From Bacteroidota bacterium (GTDB taxonomy: Bacteria; Bacteroidota; Bacteroidia; Chitinophagales; Chitinophagaceae), in contig JBDKJT010000058.1 in the NCBI GenBank assembly GCA_039796475.1, positions 3,303 to 67,302 on the forward strand: a DNA stretch of 64,000 nucleotides. Direction: 5' to 3'. The position numbers and the translations under genes were made by a program. The notes beneath the pieces were generated by a model. The model saw only the letters and a list, made by a program, of their open reading frames with translations. It ran no database searches and was not told the origin of the DNA. This document shows positions 18,967 through 30,469 of this stretch, in pieces. Every line of letters starts with the position of its first letter. Position 1 is the first letter of the stretch.

Positions 18967-19490
18967 ATTATTGAATTTTTTTCCCCAAAAAAACAATCAT
19001 CATGCCAAGCAAACTGCAGCAGTAGGTATTAGGAAAGCCCTAACATTTACCAAGGCAGTTTGCACCAAAAAAAATAAACCGATGTTTGAACTTTATATAA
19101 CTCGTTTAGTATTTGTTACACATTTACTTTATGAGTAATGAAAGAGATTTGAAGTGATAAAAAATAGTTTCTAAATGTGAATAAGTTTTAAAATGGCCAA
19201 TTTTTTACGAGTGGCTTGTAGCGTTGTAGCCTGTTGTAAGCTTTGCTGGTAAAGGGTTGTAGCGGCTGTGTTTATTTAGTTTTTGCCTTTTGCAGCTATC
19301 CAAAAAACTAATTTGATGAATTTTGTTTTTAGAGGCAACAAAAAGCATTGCTATTTTGATGTTGCACATCAAGCGTTATAAAGGCTGATTTTTTGTAGTG
19401 TTTTTATTGGTTGTAAAGGCCTGTTTTCAATAATGGATAGCAGCGATAATTCTGCCAACTTTATTTTATCTTCAAAACAAAATTGTAGCT

Positions 19491-20975
19491 ATGCCATCCT
19501 GCATATTAGCATTAGACCAGGGAACTACCAGCTCCAGGGCTATCATCTTTAATCACACTGGAGCCATAGTAGCTGTGGCACAAAAAGAGTTTACACAAAT
19601 TTTTCCGCAGCCCGGCTGGGTAGAGCATGACCCGGTGGAGATATGGAGTACACAACTGGGTGTAGCCACCGAAGCCCTTAGCAAAGCAGGCCTACGCCCG
19701 GCCGACATTGCAGCCATTGGTATTACTAACCAGCGTGAAACCACCGTGGTGTGGGACAGGCATACAGGGCAACCCATTTACAATGCCATTGTTTGGCAAG
19801 ACAGGCGAACTGCTGCCTATTGCGATGCATTAAAATCGGCGGGCATGGAGGCATTTGTTAAACAACGTACCGGGTTGGTAATTGATGCTTATTTCAGCGG
19901 CACTAAAGTAAAATGGATACTGGATAATGTAGCCGGTGCAAGGGAAAAGGCAAATAGTGGAGGCTTATGTTTTGGTACCATCGATAGCTGGCTGCTGTGG
20001 AATCTTACCGGGGGGGCCGTACATGCTACCGATGTAAGCAATGCCAGCCGTACCATGCTGTGTAACATTCATACAGGCCAGTGGGATGAGCAGTTGCAGC
20101 ATATGCTGGATGTGCCGGGTAGCATGCTGCCAGCCATAAAAAGCAGCAGTGAAGTTTATGGGTACACCTCAAACAATTTTAGCAATGCAAGTATACCCAT
20201 TGCTGGCATTGCCGGCGATCAGCAAAGCGCCTTATTTGGCCAGCTGTGCACACAGCCCGGCATGGTAAAAAATACGTATGGCACCGGTTGTTTTATGCTA
20301 ATGAATACCGGTGCTGTTCCTGTGCTTTCGCAAAACAATTTGCTTACCACCATCGCATGGAAGATAAATGGCACTACCCATTATGCTCTTGAAGGCAGTG
20401 TGTTTATTGCTGGTGCGGTTACCCAATGGTTAAGAGATGGGCTGGGTATCATTCGTACTTCGGCAGAGATAGAAACATTGGCTGCACAGGTGGCGGATAA
20501 TGGAGGCGTGTACATGGTGCCGGCATTTGTTGGCCTGGGGGCACCTTACTGGAAGCAGGATGCCCGGGGTACCATTACGGGGTTAACAAGGGGCAGTACG
20601 GCAGCACATATTGCCAGGGCAGCGCTGGAGAGTATTGCCTATCAAACAATGGATGTATTAACCGCTATGCAGCAGGATGCTGCAATTGAAATAAAAGAGT
20701 TAAGGGTAGATGGTGGCGTTACGGTAAATAATTTATTAATGCAGTTTCAAAGCGATATGCTCAACAGCAAAGTGCTGCGGCCATCTGTTACCGAAACCAC
20801 TGCATTGGGCGCTGCTTACCTGGCCGGTCTTGCTGTTGGCTATTGGGCAAGTATTGATACATTGCAACAGCAGTGGCAAATAGATAAAACATTTACACCA
20901 GCCATTAGTACAGATGCCCGAAAGGCATTGCAATATGGCTGGCAAAAAGCTGTACAGGCTACGCTGAATGCATAG
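19491..20975 (+). CDS. glpK: glycerol kinase
   Basis: 494 aa: [16 protein letters not shown]...GWVEHDP.EIW...[12 protein letters not shown]...[14 protein letters not shown], classic FGGY/GlpK motifs. Confidence 0.97.
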   Translation: MPSCILALDQGTTSSRAIIFNHTGAIVAVAQKEFTQIFPQPGWVEHDPVEIWSTQLGVATEALSKAGLRPADIAAIGITNQRETTVVWDRHTGQPIYNAIVWQDRRTAAYCDALKSAGMEAFVKQRTGLVIDAYFSGTKVKWILDNVAGAREKANSGGLCFGTIDSWLLWNLTGGAVHATDVSNASRTMLCNIHTGQWDEQLQHMLDVPGSMLPAIKSSSEVYGYTSNNFSNASIPIAGIAGDQQSALFGQLCTQPGMVKNTYGTGCFMLMNTGAVPVLSQNNLLTTIAWKINGTTHYALEGSVFIAGAVTQWLRDGLGIIRTSAEIETLAAQVADNGGVYMVPAFVGLGAPYWKQDARGTITGLTRGSTAAHIARAALESIAYQTMDVLTAMQQDAAIEIKELRVDGGVTVNNLLMQFQSDMLNSKVLRPSVTETTALGAAYLAGLAVGYWASIDTLQQQWQIDKTFTPAISTDARKALQYGWQKAVQATLNA

Positions 20976-21066
20976 CTGTTGATGGCTATATTATTTTATA
21001 TGCCTGCCAAAAAAATGCTTGCCTTAAAGCCAGCAAAGCCGTTAAATGCTCTAATAAGTTTGCTTG

Positions 21067-22629
21067 ATGAATCGAACTAAAGCGCTGCAACAACTTTTAG
21101 CAACCACCCAGTGGGATATTATTATTATTGGCGGTGGCGCCACTGGCCTGGGCTGTGCAGTAGATGCTGCCAGCCGGGGCTATAAAACATTGCTGCTGGA
21201 AAAAAGCGATTTTGCTAAAGGCACCAGCAGCAGGGCAACCAAACTGGTACATGGTGGGGTGCGTTACTTGCAGCAGGGTAATATTCGATTGGTTAGGGAG
21301 GCATTGCTTGAAAGAGGCAGGCTGCTAAAAAATGCACCACATGTTTGCCATCCTTTGCCATTTATTTTACCTTTTTATTCATACTGGCAAAAATGGTATT
21401 ACAGCGCAGGCCTATGGTTGTACGAGTGGCTATCGGGTACATTAAGTTTAGGCAAAACATCGCTGTTAGTACAACAGGCTGCCTTAAAATGCCTCCCCGA
21501 TTTAAACCCTGCAAAACTTACCGGTGGTATTTTGTATTATGATGGCCAGTTTGATGATAGCAGGCTGGCTATTAACCTGGCTCAAACAGCCGAAGAGCAG
21601 GGCGCAACTGTAATTAACTATATGCCAGTTACCGGCTTTAAAAAAACGGCCGGTAAAATAACAGCCGTAATGGCTACAGATAGTTGTACCAATATAACAT
21701 ACGAGTTGGCGGCATCAGTAGTAATTAATGCCACCGGTGTATTTGCCGACGAACTGCTGCAATTGGCAGAAGGACATACACAACAAACCATTACTCCATC
21801 ACAAGGTATACACCTGGTAGTGGCACCCCATTTTTTTAAAGGCATTACTGCACTCATGATACCCAAAACCGATGATGGCAGGGTTTTATTCGCCATTCCC
21901 TGGTATGGCAAAGTGCTGGTGGGCACTACCGATACTGCGGTACAAGATATTTCGCAGGAGCCACGTGCCATGCCAACAGAGGTTGATTTTGTGATAAATC
22001 ATTTTAACCGCTATGCCAGTACGGCCATTGGTTACGCCGATGTGCTAAGTGTATTTGCAGGGTTACGGCCGCTGGCCAAAAGCAGCGGTACTAAAAAAAC
22101 AGCTGTAATGCCACGGGATCATCATATTGAAGTGCTGCCATCGGGTATGGTGCATGTAACCGGTGGTAAATGGACCACCTACCGAAGTATGGCGCAGCAT
22201 GCGGTAGATAAAGCGCTAAAGCCAGGAGGTTTACCCATGCTGGCCTGCACAACAACTCTATTAAAAATACATGGGTACTCTACACAAAAAACAGCTACCC
22301 ACTGGGATGTGTATGGTACAGATGCCGCCGCTATAAAAGCAATGATAGTCAACGATGCTTTTTTGGGTAATACAATTCATCCCCACTACCCCTATACCTG
22401 TGCAGAAGTAAAGTGGATGGTAATACACGAAATGGCCATTACCGTAGAGGATGTATTGGCACGAAGGATGAGGCTGTTGTTTGTGGATGCCAAAGCTGCT
22501 ATGGAAGCGGCCCCAACTGTTGCGGCTATAATGGCTGCACAGTCAGGTAAAGATGATGAGTGGGTGGCTATGCAAATAGATAAATTTAATAAACTTGCTG
22601 CAGGCTATTTATTACCGCAGCATTACTAG
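21067..22629 (+). CDS. glpD: FAD-dependent glycerol-3-phosphate dehydrogenase
   Basis: WDIIIIGGGATGLGCAVDAASRGYKTLLLEKSDFAKGTSSRATKLVHGGVRYL is the GlpD-type dinucleotide-binding N-terminus. The ATG at 21067 follows the TTG at 21064. Confidence 0.93.
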   Translation: MNRTKALQQLLATTQWDIIIIGGGATGLGCAVDAASRGYKTLLLEKSDFAKGTSSRATKLVHGGVRYLQQGNIRLVREALLERGRLLKNAPHVCHPLPFILPFYSYWQKWYYSAGLWLYEWLSGTLSLGKTSLLVQQAALKCLPDLNPAKLTGGILYYDGQFDDSRLAINLAQTAEEQGATVINYMPVTGFKKTAGKITAVMATDSCTNITYELAASVVINATGVFADELLQLAEGHTQQTITPSQGIHLVVAPHFFKGITALMIPKTDDGRVLFAIPWYGKVLVGTTDTAVQDISQEPRAMPTEVDFVINHFNRYASTAIGYADVLSVFAGLRPLAKSSGTKKTAVMPRDHHIEVLPSGMVHVTGGKWTTYRSMAQHAVDKALKPGGLPMLACTTTLLKIHGYSTQKTATHWDVYGTDAAAIKAMIVNDAFLGNTIHPHYPYTCAEVKWMVIHEMAITVEDVLARRMRLLFVDAKAAMEAAPTVAAIMAAQSGKDDEWVAMQIDKFNKLAAGYLLPQHY

Positions 22630-22668
22630 CGCTAAACCTGCTTATTAATATAAATAAAACGCTTGCTT

Positions 22669-23379
22669 ATGTCTCCATTTATTGCTGAATTTATTGGCAC
22701 CGCCGTGTTAATCCTGTTGGGTAATGGTGTAGTAGCCAATGTAGTATTAACCAAAACAAAAGGTAATGGTAGTGGCTGGATTGTAATAGCTTTTGGCTGG
22801 GCCATGGCTGTGTTTACGGGGGTGTATATTAGTGCTGCAGCCAGTGGTGCACACCTCAATCCTGCAGTAACAATAGCGCTTGCTATTAAAACAGCCGATT
22901 GGAGCAATGTACCCCTGTACCTGCTGGCACAAATGCTGGGCGCTATGTTCGGCAGCTTGTTGGTTTGGCTTAGCTACCGGCAGCATTTTGATGCTACCAG
23001 CGATGGCAACCTGCAAATGGCAGCATTTTGTACAGCACCAGCCATTCGCAGCCCCCTCAATAATTTTATAAGTGAAATGATTGCTACCTGTGTATTTATT
23101 TTGTGTGTACTTTTTCTTACACCTGCCGAGGCTAAGCTGGGCTCCATGGATGCGTTGCCAGTGGCATTATTGGTATTGGCCATTGGTTTATCGCTGGGTG
23201 GCACCACCGGCTATGCCATCAATACTGCCCGTGATTTGGGGCCACGTATCATGCATTTTATTTTGCCCATTAAAAATAAGCGAAACAGCGATTGGGCGTA
23301 TGCCTGGATACCGTTAACAGCAACTGTAAGCGGCTCAGTGCTGGCGGCTTTGTTATACCAATTAATTACGGCTCATTAA
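22669..23379 (+). CDS. glpF: MIP family glycerol uptake facilitator (aquaglyceroporin)
   Basis: Six-TM MIP pattern with a canonical first box (HLNPAVT). The second box reads NTARDLGPR. The gene follows glpK-glpD. Confidence 0.9.
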   Translation: MSPFIAEFIGTAVLILLGNGVVANVVLTKTKGNGSGWIVIAFGWAMAVFTGVYISAAASGAHLNPAVTIALAIKTADWSNVPLYLLAQMLGAMFGSLLVWLSYRQHFDATSDGNLQMAAFCTAPAIRSPLNNFISEMIATCVFILCVLFLTPAEAKLGSMDALPVALLVLAIGLSLGGTTGYAINTARDLGPRIMHFILPIKNKRNSDWAYAWIPLTATVSGSVLAALLYQLITAH

Positions 23380-23857
23380 TACCGGTGTTGGGCTGGCTGT
23401 TAACAACGATAGTACCTGCCACAAGGTCGCCTACCCGTTGTTGATAGCCGGTGCTGGAAGCTACAATAATACCCAGGATGCCTAAAAAAGGCAGATAATC
23501 GATGATGTCAAATAAGTGGCGTACCAGTGTTTGGCCAAAACTTGCTTTTGCATATTGGATGGTTACTACTTTTATCTTTAGCAACATTTTGCCGGGTGTT
23601 TGCCCGTTTACTGCTTCCGAAACAGGAAAAATCAATAACCAAATACCTGCTGAAAAAAGGGTGGGCAAGCCAGAAAGATTAAAACCCCAGGTGTAGCCGC
23701 CGGCTGTATCAATACTGTACGATTCACCCAGCACAAAGCCCAGCATAAAATTTAATAGCCAAAAAAAGAGGTAATCGAGCAGGACTGCAATACAGCGCTT
23801 GGTTTTTTTTGCAAGGGTTGGGTTCTCTACTTCTATACCAGTAAGTAAATCTGTCAT
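23366..23857 (-). CDS. RDD family membrane protein
   Basis: 163 aa: KRCIAVLLDYLFFWLL...GQTPGKMLLKIKVV...LVRHLFDIIDY, the RDD-domain pattern with TM helices. Confidence 0.75.
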   Translation of the reverse strand: MTDLLTGIEVENPTLAKKTKRCIAVLLDYLFFWLLNFMLGFVLGESYSIDTAGGYTWGFNLSGLPTLFSAGIWLLIFPVSEAVNGQTPGKMLLKIKVVTIQYAKASFGQTLVRHLFDIIDYLPFLGILGIIVASSTGYQQRVGDLVAGTIVVNSQPNTGINEP

Positions 23858-23861
23858 AAGG

Positions 23862-24260
23862 CTATAGCTGTTTTACTTGTTCAGCTCTTAATTCATCAAA
23901 CCGTTGTACCAGCAGTGCCGGAGCATTGTTATTGTTATAAATCCCCGCCCTGTTAAGATAGAGGTGTTTTTCAGTAAGCAGGTTTTTTGCCTGCAGGCGG
24001 CAATGGCAGTACCTTGCTTCGGGTTGCAGCATTAAGCTGATAAATAATAGTAATACCAGCGTAATGCCCAATGCTAAAAACAGCAGTTTTATAGAGTGGC
24101 CGATAGCTGTTTCAAAATATAAAATGGGTAAAATAGAAAAGGCAAGCAAAAATTCAATAACCCTTAGGCCGATATACAGCCGCCGGTAATAAGCAGCCCG
24201 CTGCTCATAAAAATCAATACTATTATTTATCTCGGCTAATATTGCATCTGCTTCGTTCAT
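23862..24260 (-). CDS. two-TM protein, SLATT/DUF4231-like (tentative)
   Basis: The start is moved to ATG 24260 (MNEADAIL), because the track start is a TTG. The layout is an N-terminal helix (FYEQRAAYYRRLYIGLRVIEF), two TM helices, then ARYCHCRLQAKNLLTEKHLYLNRAGIYNN. This resembles the post-TM helix of DUF4231/SLATT proteins. Confidence 0.4.
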   Translation of the reverse strand: MNEADAILAEINNSIDFYEQRAAYYRRLYIGLRVIEFLLAFSILPILYFETAIGHSIKLLFLALGITLVLLLFISLMLQPEARYCHCRLQAKNLLTEKHLYLNRAGIYNNNNAPALLVQRFDELRAEQVKQL

Positions 24261-24524
24261 TGCAAGGTTGGCTCCCTGTACTAAAAGTAGCAACTAAAAG
24301 CTATATCGCCAAAGCCCCGTTGGCCGCTTTAAAGCAGCAGGGGCTGTTTCTTCCACAGGTTAATCACAATAAGCCCGGGGGCACAAAAAATCCCCACTGC
24401 TATTTCTATTTTCGAAACCCATCCCTTACCTTTGCCGCCGAAAATAACGAAGGCCCAACCCCTATCAGGGCTCTAAATCAGTATAAAGCAGGTTTTTAAC
24501 ATTACAAAAGCGGCTCTCGGCTAG

Positions 24525-26057
<1,533 letters not shown>

Positions 26058-26138
26058 TATAGCGCTGGCGGTTTTTTTAAAATTACCACCGGTTAAACAT
26101 TTACAGATAATCCAAATTGCCGCTTAAGGCTTAAGGGT

Positions 26139-26390
26139 ATGACATTAGAAATATTAACACCAGAAAAAAAAGTATTTAGCGGCGATGTATATGGCGTACA
26201 GCTACCGGGTGTAGCCGGCTTGTTTGAAGTATTAGACAGGCATACGCCCATGGTAAGTGCTTTAAAAGCTGGTAAGCTTAAAGTATTAACCGATAAAAAC
26301 AATACCGTTACTTATCATATTCAAAGCGGCTTTGCCGAAGTACTCAACAACAAAACCACGGTACTGGTGGAGGGCGCAGAAGAAGTTTAA
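26139..26390 (+). CDS. atpC: F0F1 ATP synthase subunit epsilon (short form)
   Basis: 83 aa, MTLEILTPEKKVFSGDVYGVQLPGVAGLFEVLDRHTPMVSAL, lying immediately after atpD. Confidence 0.88.
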   Translation: MTLEILTPEKKVFSGDVYGVQLPGVAGLFEVLDRHTPMVSALKAGKLKVLTDKNNTVTYHIQSGFAEVLNNKTTVLVEGAEEV

Positions 26391-26410
26391 GGTTAAATTG
26401 CATTTTAATA

Positions 26411-26440
26411 AAAGGCACTGGTAAATACCGGTGCCTTTTT
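26411..26440 (+). terminator. rho-independent terminator after atpC
   Basis: AAAGGCACTGG-taaata-CCGGTGCCTTTTT. The stem contains one G-U pair and a T-run follows. Confidence 0.7.
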
Positions 26441-26633
26441 GCTTTTAGCATGATCGTACTTATATCTGGCAGGTATTTTATTAAATAACCTTTTAAGGGT
26501 ATTGCAAATACTTTTACAGCGCACTATCTTACTGCAAAACTGTTGAGCAGCCACCTTTAACGCTGCCGCTTGCTTATCTCCCCCGCCGCAATATTTATCA
26601 TCAAACAAAGGCTTTTTTAAAAAACTACACATT

Positions 26634-28094
26634 ATGAAACGCACTACCGAAGGTTTGGTACAGCGCTACCTGCGTATTATGCAGGCAGCGCAAAAAAGCA
26701 ACGATGGCAACCGCTGTATGATAGCACCGCACCCCAACTTAAAGAAAAAACTAAAAAGCGATTTAAAGAAACTTAAAAGAGACCTTGGCTCATCGGTACT
26801 CAGCAATTTGCTAAAGCCATTGGGTAAAACCAAGGTAGGGTATAACGATGCATTGCTGCGGCCTGGTAAATCGTTTCCACTGGGCATGTCGGCCAGCAGG
26901 GTAAAAGCCGAGGCCGCCAAAAGAGCCCCCATGCAGGGTACTGTAAAAGTGGTAGTGGTGCTGGTTGACTTTGCAGACAAAAAAATGAGCCAATCCAAAA
27001 AACATTTTACCGATTTGTTTTTTTCTGAAGGAGTAGTGCCCACGGGTAGTGTAAGGGAGTATTTTAAAGAAGTAACCAGCGGTAAGGTAACGATTGCCGG
27101 CGAAGTGGTAGGCCCATACCGGTTACCCAAAAATATGAGTGCTTATGCACATGCCGAAAGTGGCACAGGCGATAGCCAGCCCAATGCCCGTACAATGGCG
27201 CAGGATGCAGCCCGTGCTGCTAACCCGGTGATAAACTTTGCATCTTACGACAACGACCAGGATGGCTATGTAGATGCCTTTGTGGTAATACACGCTGGCA
27301 GTGGTGCAGAAGAAACGGGCAATGATAATGATATATGGAGCCATAAATGGTTGTTGCCAGCAGAGTTTAATGCAGATGGCACCAATGTGTATGCATATCT
27401 TACCGTACCCGAAGATTGTAAGCTGGGTGTATGTGCACACGAGTTGGGGCATCTGTTGTTTGGCTTTCCAGATTTGTATGATGATGATTATACCAGCGCC
27501 GGTATTGGCGATTGGTGCCTGATGGCTGGCGGTAGCTGGAATAATGGCGGCGATACACCTGCCCATCCCTGTGCCTGGTGTAAGGCTCAGCAAAATTGGG
27601 TGGATACCGTAGTGCTGAGCAACAACAAAAAAGCGGTATCCATGCCAGATGTTAAAGACAGCAAAACGGTATACCGGCTTTGGAAAAACGGGGCCTCCGG
27701 CTCAGAATATTTTTTGGCAGAAAACAGAACTAAAAAACAATTTGATCAGTATTTACCCGGCGAAGGCTTGCTGGTTTATCATATAGATGATGTCATGGAT
27801 GGTAATAGCAATGAGTTGCATTACAAAGTAGCCTTGCTGCAGGCCGATGGAAAAAAACACCTGGAGGCAGGCACCAACGAAGGCGATGAGGGCGATGCCT
27901 GGCCCGGCACTGCCCGTAAAAAAACGTTTAGCGGTAGTACCAAACCTCACTCTAAATCGTACGGAAATATTAAAACAGATGTGGCCATCCGCAACATAAA
28001 AAATAAAGCTGGCATCATCACCGCTGATATGTTTGTAAAACCAGGCCCAGCCCCGGCACCTGCAAAAAAACGTACCCGTGGTGGCGGCCAATAA
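26634..28094 (+). CDS. M6 family (immune inhibitor A-like) zinc metalloprotease domain protein
   Basis: 486 aa: VKVVVVLVDFADKKM...DGYVDAFVVIHAGSGAE...CAHELGHLLFGFPDLYD (HExxH)...EGLLVYHID. No N-terminal signal peptide is evident. The C-terminus is a basic tail, PAPAPAKKRTRGGGQ. Confidence 0.8.
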   Translation: MKRTTEGLVQRYLRIMQAAQKSNDGNRCMIAPHPNLKKKLKSDLKKLKRDLGSSVLSNLLKPLGKTKVGYNDALLRPGKSFPLGMSASRVKAEAAKRAPMQGTVKVVVVLVDFADKKMSQSKKHFTDLFFSEGVVPTGSVREYFKEVTSGKVTIAGEVVGPYRLPKNMSAYAHAESGTGDSQPNARTMAQDAARAANPVINFASYDNDQDGYVDAFVVIHAGSGAEETGNDNDIWSHKWLLPAEFNADGTNVYAYLTVPEDCKLGVCAHELGHLLFGFPDLYDDDYTSAGIGDWCLMAGGSWNNGGDTPAHPCAWCKAQQNWVDTVVLSNNKKAVSMPDVKDSKTVYRLWKNGASGSEYFLAENRTKKQFDQYLPGEGLLVYHIDDVMDGNSNELHYKVALLQADGKKHLEAGTNEGDEGDAWPGTARKKTFSGSTKPHSKSYGNIKTDVAIRNIKNKAGIITADMFVKPGPAPAPAKKRTRGGGQ

Positions 28095-28196
28095 TGCTGT
28101 TGGGTTTCGGAAGGGTGTATCCAATGCTTGCAGCAATTGGCAGCGGATGGCTGCACCCTTTTTATTGCTTATTTTAAATTGTTTAATTTAGTATCA

Positions 28197-28529
28197 ATGG
28201 TTCAAATGATGCCCAATGCAGCCTTAATACAGGCAATGGTACTTGCTGCCGAACCCTACCCGGCGCAGGTGGGTTTTTATGTAGTATCGTTATTGGTAAA
28301 ACAAGCCTCAGAAAAAAGTGGTAAACGTTTTTTGGGTAGCGATTTGCAACAAAAAGAAGTGAAGGTATTAGTAAGCCAATCATTAACAGAACAGCTAAAT
28401 CTTACCGCAGGGCAACAATTATCTGGCGAAATAAAAAAGGTAAGCCCGGTAATGTGGAGGGCAATAGAAGAAAGTTGGCAACCTGCTGCAAATAAGCGAT
28501 CGGCCACTAAGCCGCCCAAAAAAAGATAA
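28197..28529 (+). CDS. hypothetical small protein
   Basis: This ORF lies downstream of the M6 protease, and I prefer the start MVQMMPNAAL at 28197. It has no recognisable family, ends in a basic tail (KRSATKPPKKR), and its coding status is uncertain. Confidence 0.3.
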   Translation: MVQMMPNAALIQAMVLAAEPYPAQVGFYVVSLLVKQASEKSGKRFLGSDLQQKEVKVLVSQSLTEQLNLTAGQQLSGEIKKVSPVMWRAIEESWQPAANKRSATKPPKKR

Positions 28530-28537
28530 GGCAGTAG

Positions 28538-29506
28538 CTACCGGTCTGTTTGATGCTTTAGTTGTACAAAGCTCCAGGCAAAAAATGGCATTAAAAAAAA
28601 GGTTATTCCCCCGGCCCATCCATTAACAATTACACCGGCAAGTATTGCCCACAGCAACACATACAATGGATATAGTATAAATAGTAAACCGGTTATGATA
28701 GAATCGTAATGTACACTGTTTTTTGCCTTGTACTTTACCAGCTGCTGCACCGGCAGGTATAGTGGGGCATGCAATACAGCACCTGCAGCCGCAGGCAAGG
28801 CCAATGCTATTTTTTTTGCAACAGGTACCGGTTTGCTAAACACCTGTTTTTGCCGCTCTTTATCCTGCTGCTCTATTTCGTACACCATTTTTTTTAAATC
28901 GCTTTGTAATATACTGGTAAGCTCCAGCTGTATTTTGCCATTATCGCTTAGCTCGCTGGTAAGCTGCTGCCGGCATACAGGCTTGCCCAGGTGCAAGTGT
29001 ACGTTTTTACCAAAAAGATAAAAGCTGCTGTAGTTAATGCCCACTGGCACCACCTTAAGCGGTAAGCCTTGTTGCCAGGCCGTTACGGCCACCCGGGCAG
29101 TGCCTTTTTTTAAAGGCCGCAAATGCCATTCGTTTTCGCAAAGCGCTTCTATAAAAATTAATACGATACCATTTCTTTTAAAAATTTGCTGGCATTCATC
29201 AAAAGTATCATAGTTGCGGTGCAGGTTTTGTTTGCCTTCTCTTTCCCTAAATACAGGCAGTATCCGCAGCTTGCGTAACAGTGCAGCAATATGTTTATTT
29301 TTAAAACTATCCCCCCGGGCCAATGAGTATACCGGCTGGTTAAATAATGTATTAATAATTACAGCATCTAAAAACGAGTTGGGATGGTTTGCCGCCAGCA
29401 ATAATGGGCCTTTAGATTGCAGCATTGCTTTGTTGGTAATAACAATATGGCGACAAAATATTTTAATCGCCAGCCGGGTATATGGTTTTAATAAAGTGTA
29501 TAGCAA
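28538..29506 (-). CDS. 1-acyl-sn-glycerol-3-phosphate acyltransferase family (PlsC-like) protein with C-terminal TM region
   Basis: GPLLLAANHPNSFLDAV (the HX4D acyltransferase motif) and ...PVFREREG... are present, with TM helices at the C-terminus. Confidence 0.8.
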   Translation of the reverse strand: MLYTLLKPYTRLAIKIFCRHIVITNKAMLQSKGPLLLAANHPNSFLDAVIINTLFNQPVYSLARGDSFKNKHIAALLRKLRILPVFREREGKQNLHRNYDTFDECQQIFKRNGIVLIFIEALCENEWHLRPLKKGTARVAVTAWQQGLPLKVVPVGINYSSFYLFGKNVHLHLGKPVCRQQLTSELSDNGKIQLELTSILQSDLKKMVYEIEQQDKERQKQVFSKPVPVAKKIALALPAAAGAVLHAPLYLPVQQLVKYKAKNSVHYDSIITGLLFILYPLYVLLWAILAGVIVNGWAGGITFFLMPFFAWSFVQLKHQTDR

Positions 29507-29638
29507 ACAGCAGGGTTTATTAGAGGGTTTTGCAACAAGATAAAAATAATAAACAATTTTTGATGTGCTTCTTATTTATTTTGCAGCATGCTATACCCTG
29601 AAAAAAGGTAGCAATTTTATTAAACAGCAAATTACAAT

Positions 29639-30469
29639 ATGCCAGATAGTATGATTAGCCAGTTGCAGCAAACCGCCAGCTGGCTGCAGCAAAAAACAGC
29701 TATAAAACCTTATGCAGGTATTGTGCTGGGTACTGGGCTTGCCCAGTTAATTAATTATATACAGGTCCACGAATGTATCCCGTATAGCGATATTCCACAT
29801 TTCCCGGTATCTACTGTAGAATCTCATAAGGGCAACCTGATATTTGGCCATATTGGCGAGGTGCCGGTAGTAGCCATGCAAGGGCGCTTTCATTATTACG
29901 AAGGCTACAGCATGCAGCAGGTTACCTTTCCCGTTAGGGTAATGAAATTGTTGGGGGTGCAGCAATTGCTGCTAAGCAATGCTGCAGGTGGTATTGATTT
30001 GTCTTTTAAAAAAGGAGATATTGTAATACTGGAAGATCATATTAACCTGCAAACAGAAAATCCACTGCGTGGCTTAACGGCCGATTTTTTTGGCACTCGT
30101 TTTCCGGATATGAGCATGCCTTACAACCTGCAGCTTAATCAATTATTACAGGCAGCCATCTTGCAGGCAGGGTTGCCTGTAAAACAAGGCGTGTATGTGG
30201 CGGTTAATGGCCCTAATCTTGAAACAAGGGCAGAGTATCGTTTTTTAAAAGCCGCCGGTGCCAGTATGGTAGGGATGAGTACAGTACCCGAGGTAATAGT
30301 AGCCAACCAGCTAAAGTTGCCATGTGCAGCGGTAAGTGTAATTACAGATGAATGCGACCCCGATAACCTGCATCCCGTAGATATTGCTGCAATTATTGAG
30401 GTAGCCTCAAAAGCCGATGAAAAACTTAGCCGCATTTTTGTAGCGGTGATAAAGCAATTAATGCGATAG
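29639..30469 (+). CDS. purine nucleoside phosphorylase (PNP/MTAP family)
   Basis: 276 aa: GIVLGTGLAQL...VESHKGNLIFG...VVAMQGRFHYYEGY...SNAAGG...VGMSTVPEVIVA, PNP family-2 motifs. Confidence 0.9.
   Translation: MPDSMISQLQQTASWLQQKTAIKPYAGIVLGTGLAQLINYIQVHECIPYSDIPHFPVSTVESHKGNLIFGHIGEVPVVAMQGRFHYYEGYSMQQVTFPVRVMKLLGVQQLLLSNAAGGIDLSFKKGDIVILEDHINLQTENPLRGLTADFFGTRFPDMSMPYNLQLNQLLQAAILQAGLPVKQGVYVAVNGPNLETRAEYRFLKAAGASMVGMSTVPEVIVANQLKLPCAAVSVITDECDPDNLHPVDIAAIIEVASKADEKLSRIFVAVIKQLMR

Noticed and set aside
10505-19000. Possibility that the giant gene sits on a mobile element or classical genomic island.
   Set aside because: I found no integrase, transposase, tRNA attachment site or flanking direct repeats. 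The only evidence of plasticity is the truncated ypdA-like remnant, so I report a variable region and not a mobile element.
26405-26644. 79-aa minus-strand ORF between atpC and the M6 protease.
   Set aside because: It overlaps the atpC terminator hairpin and the start of the M6 gene, and it is Cys/Lys-rich with no motif. It is probably non-coding.
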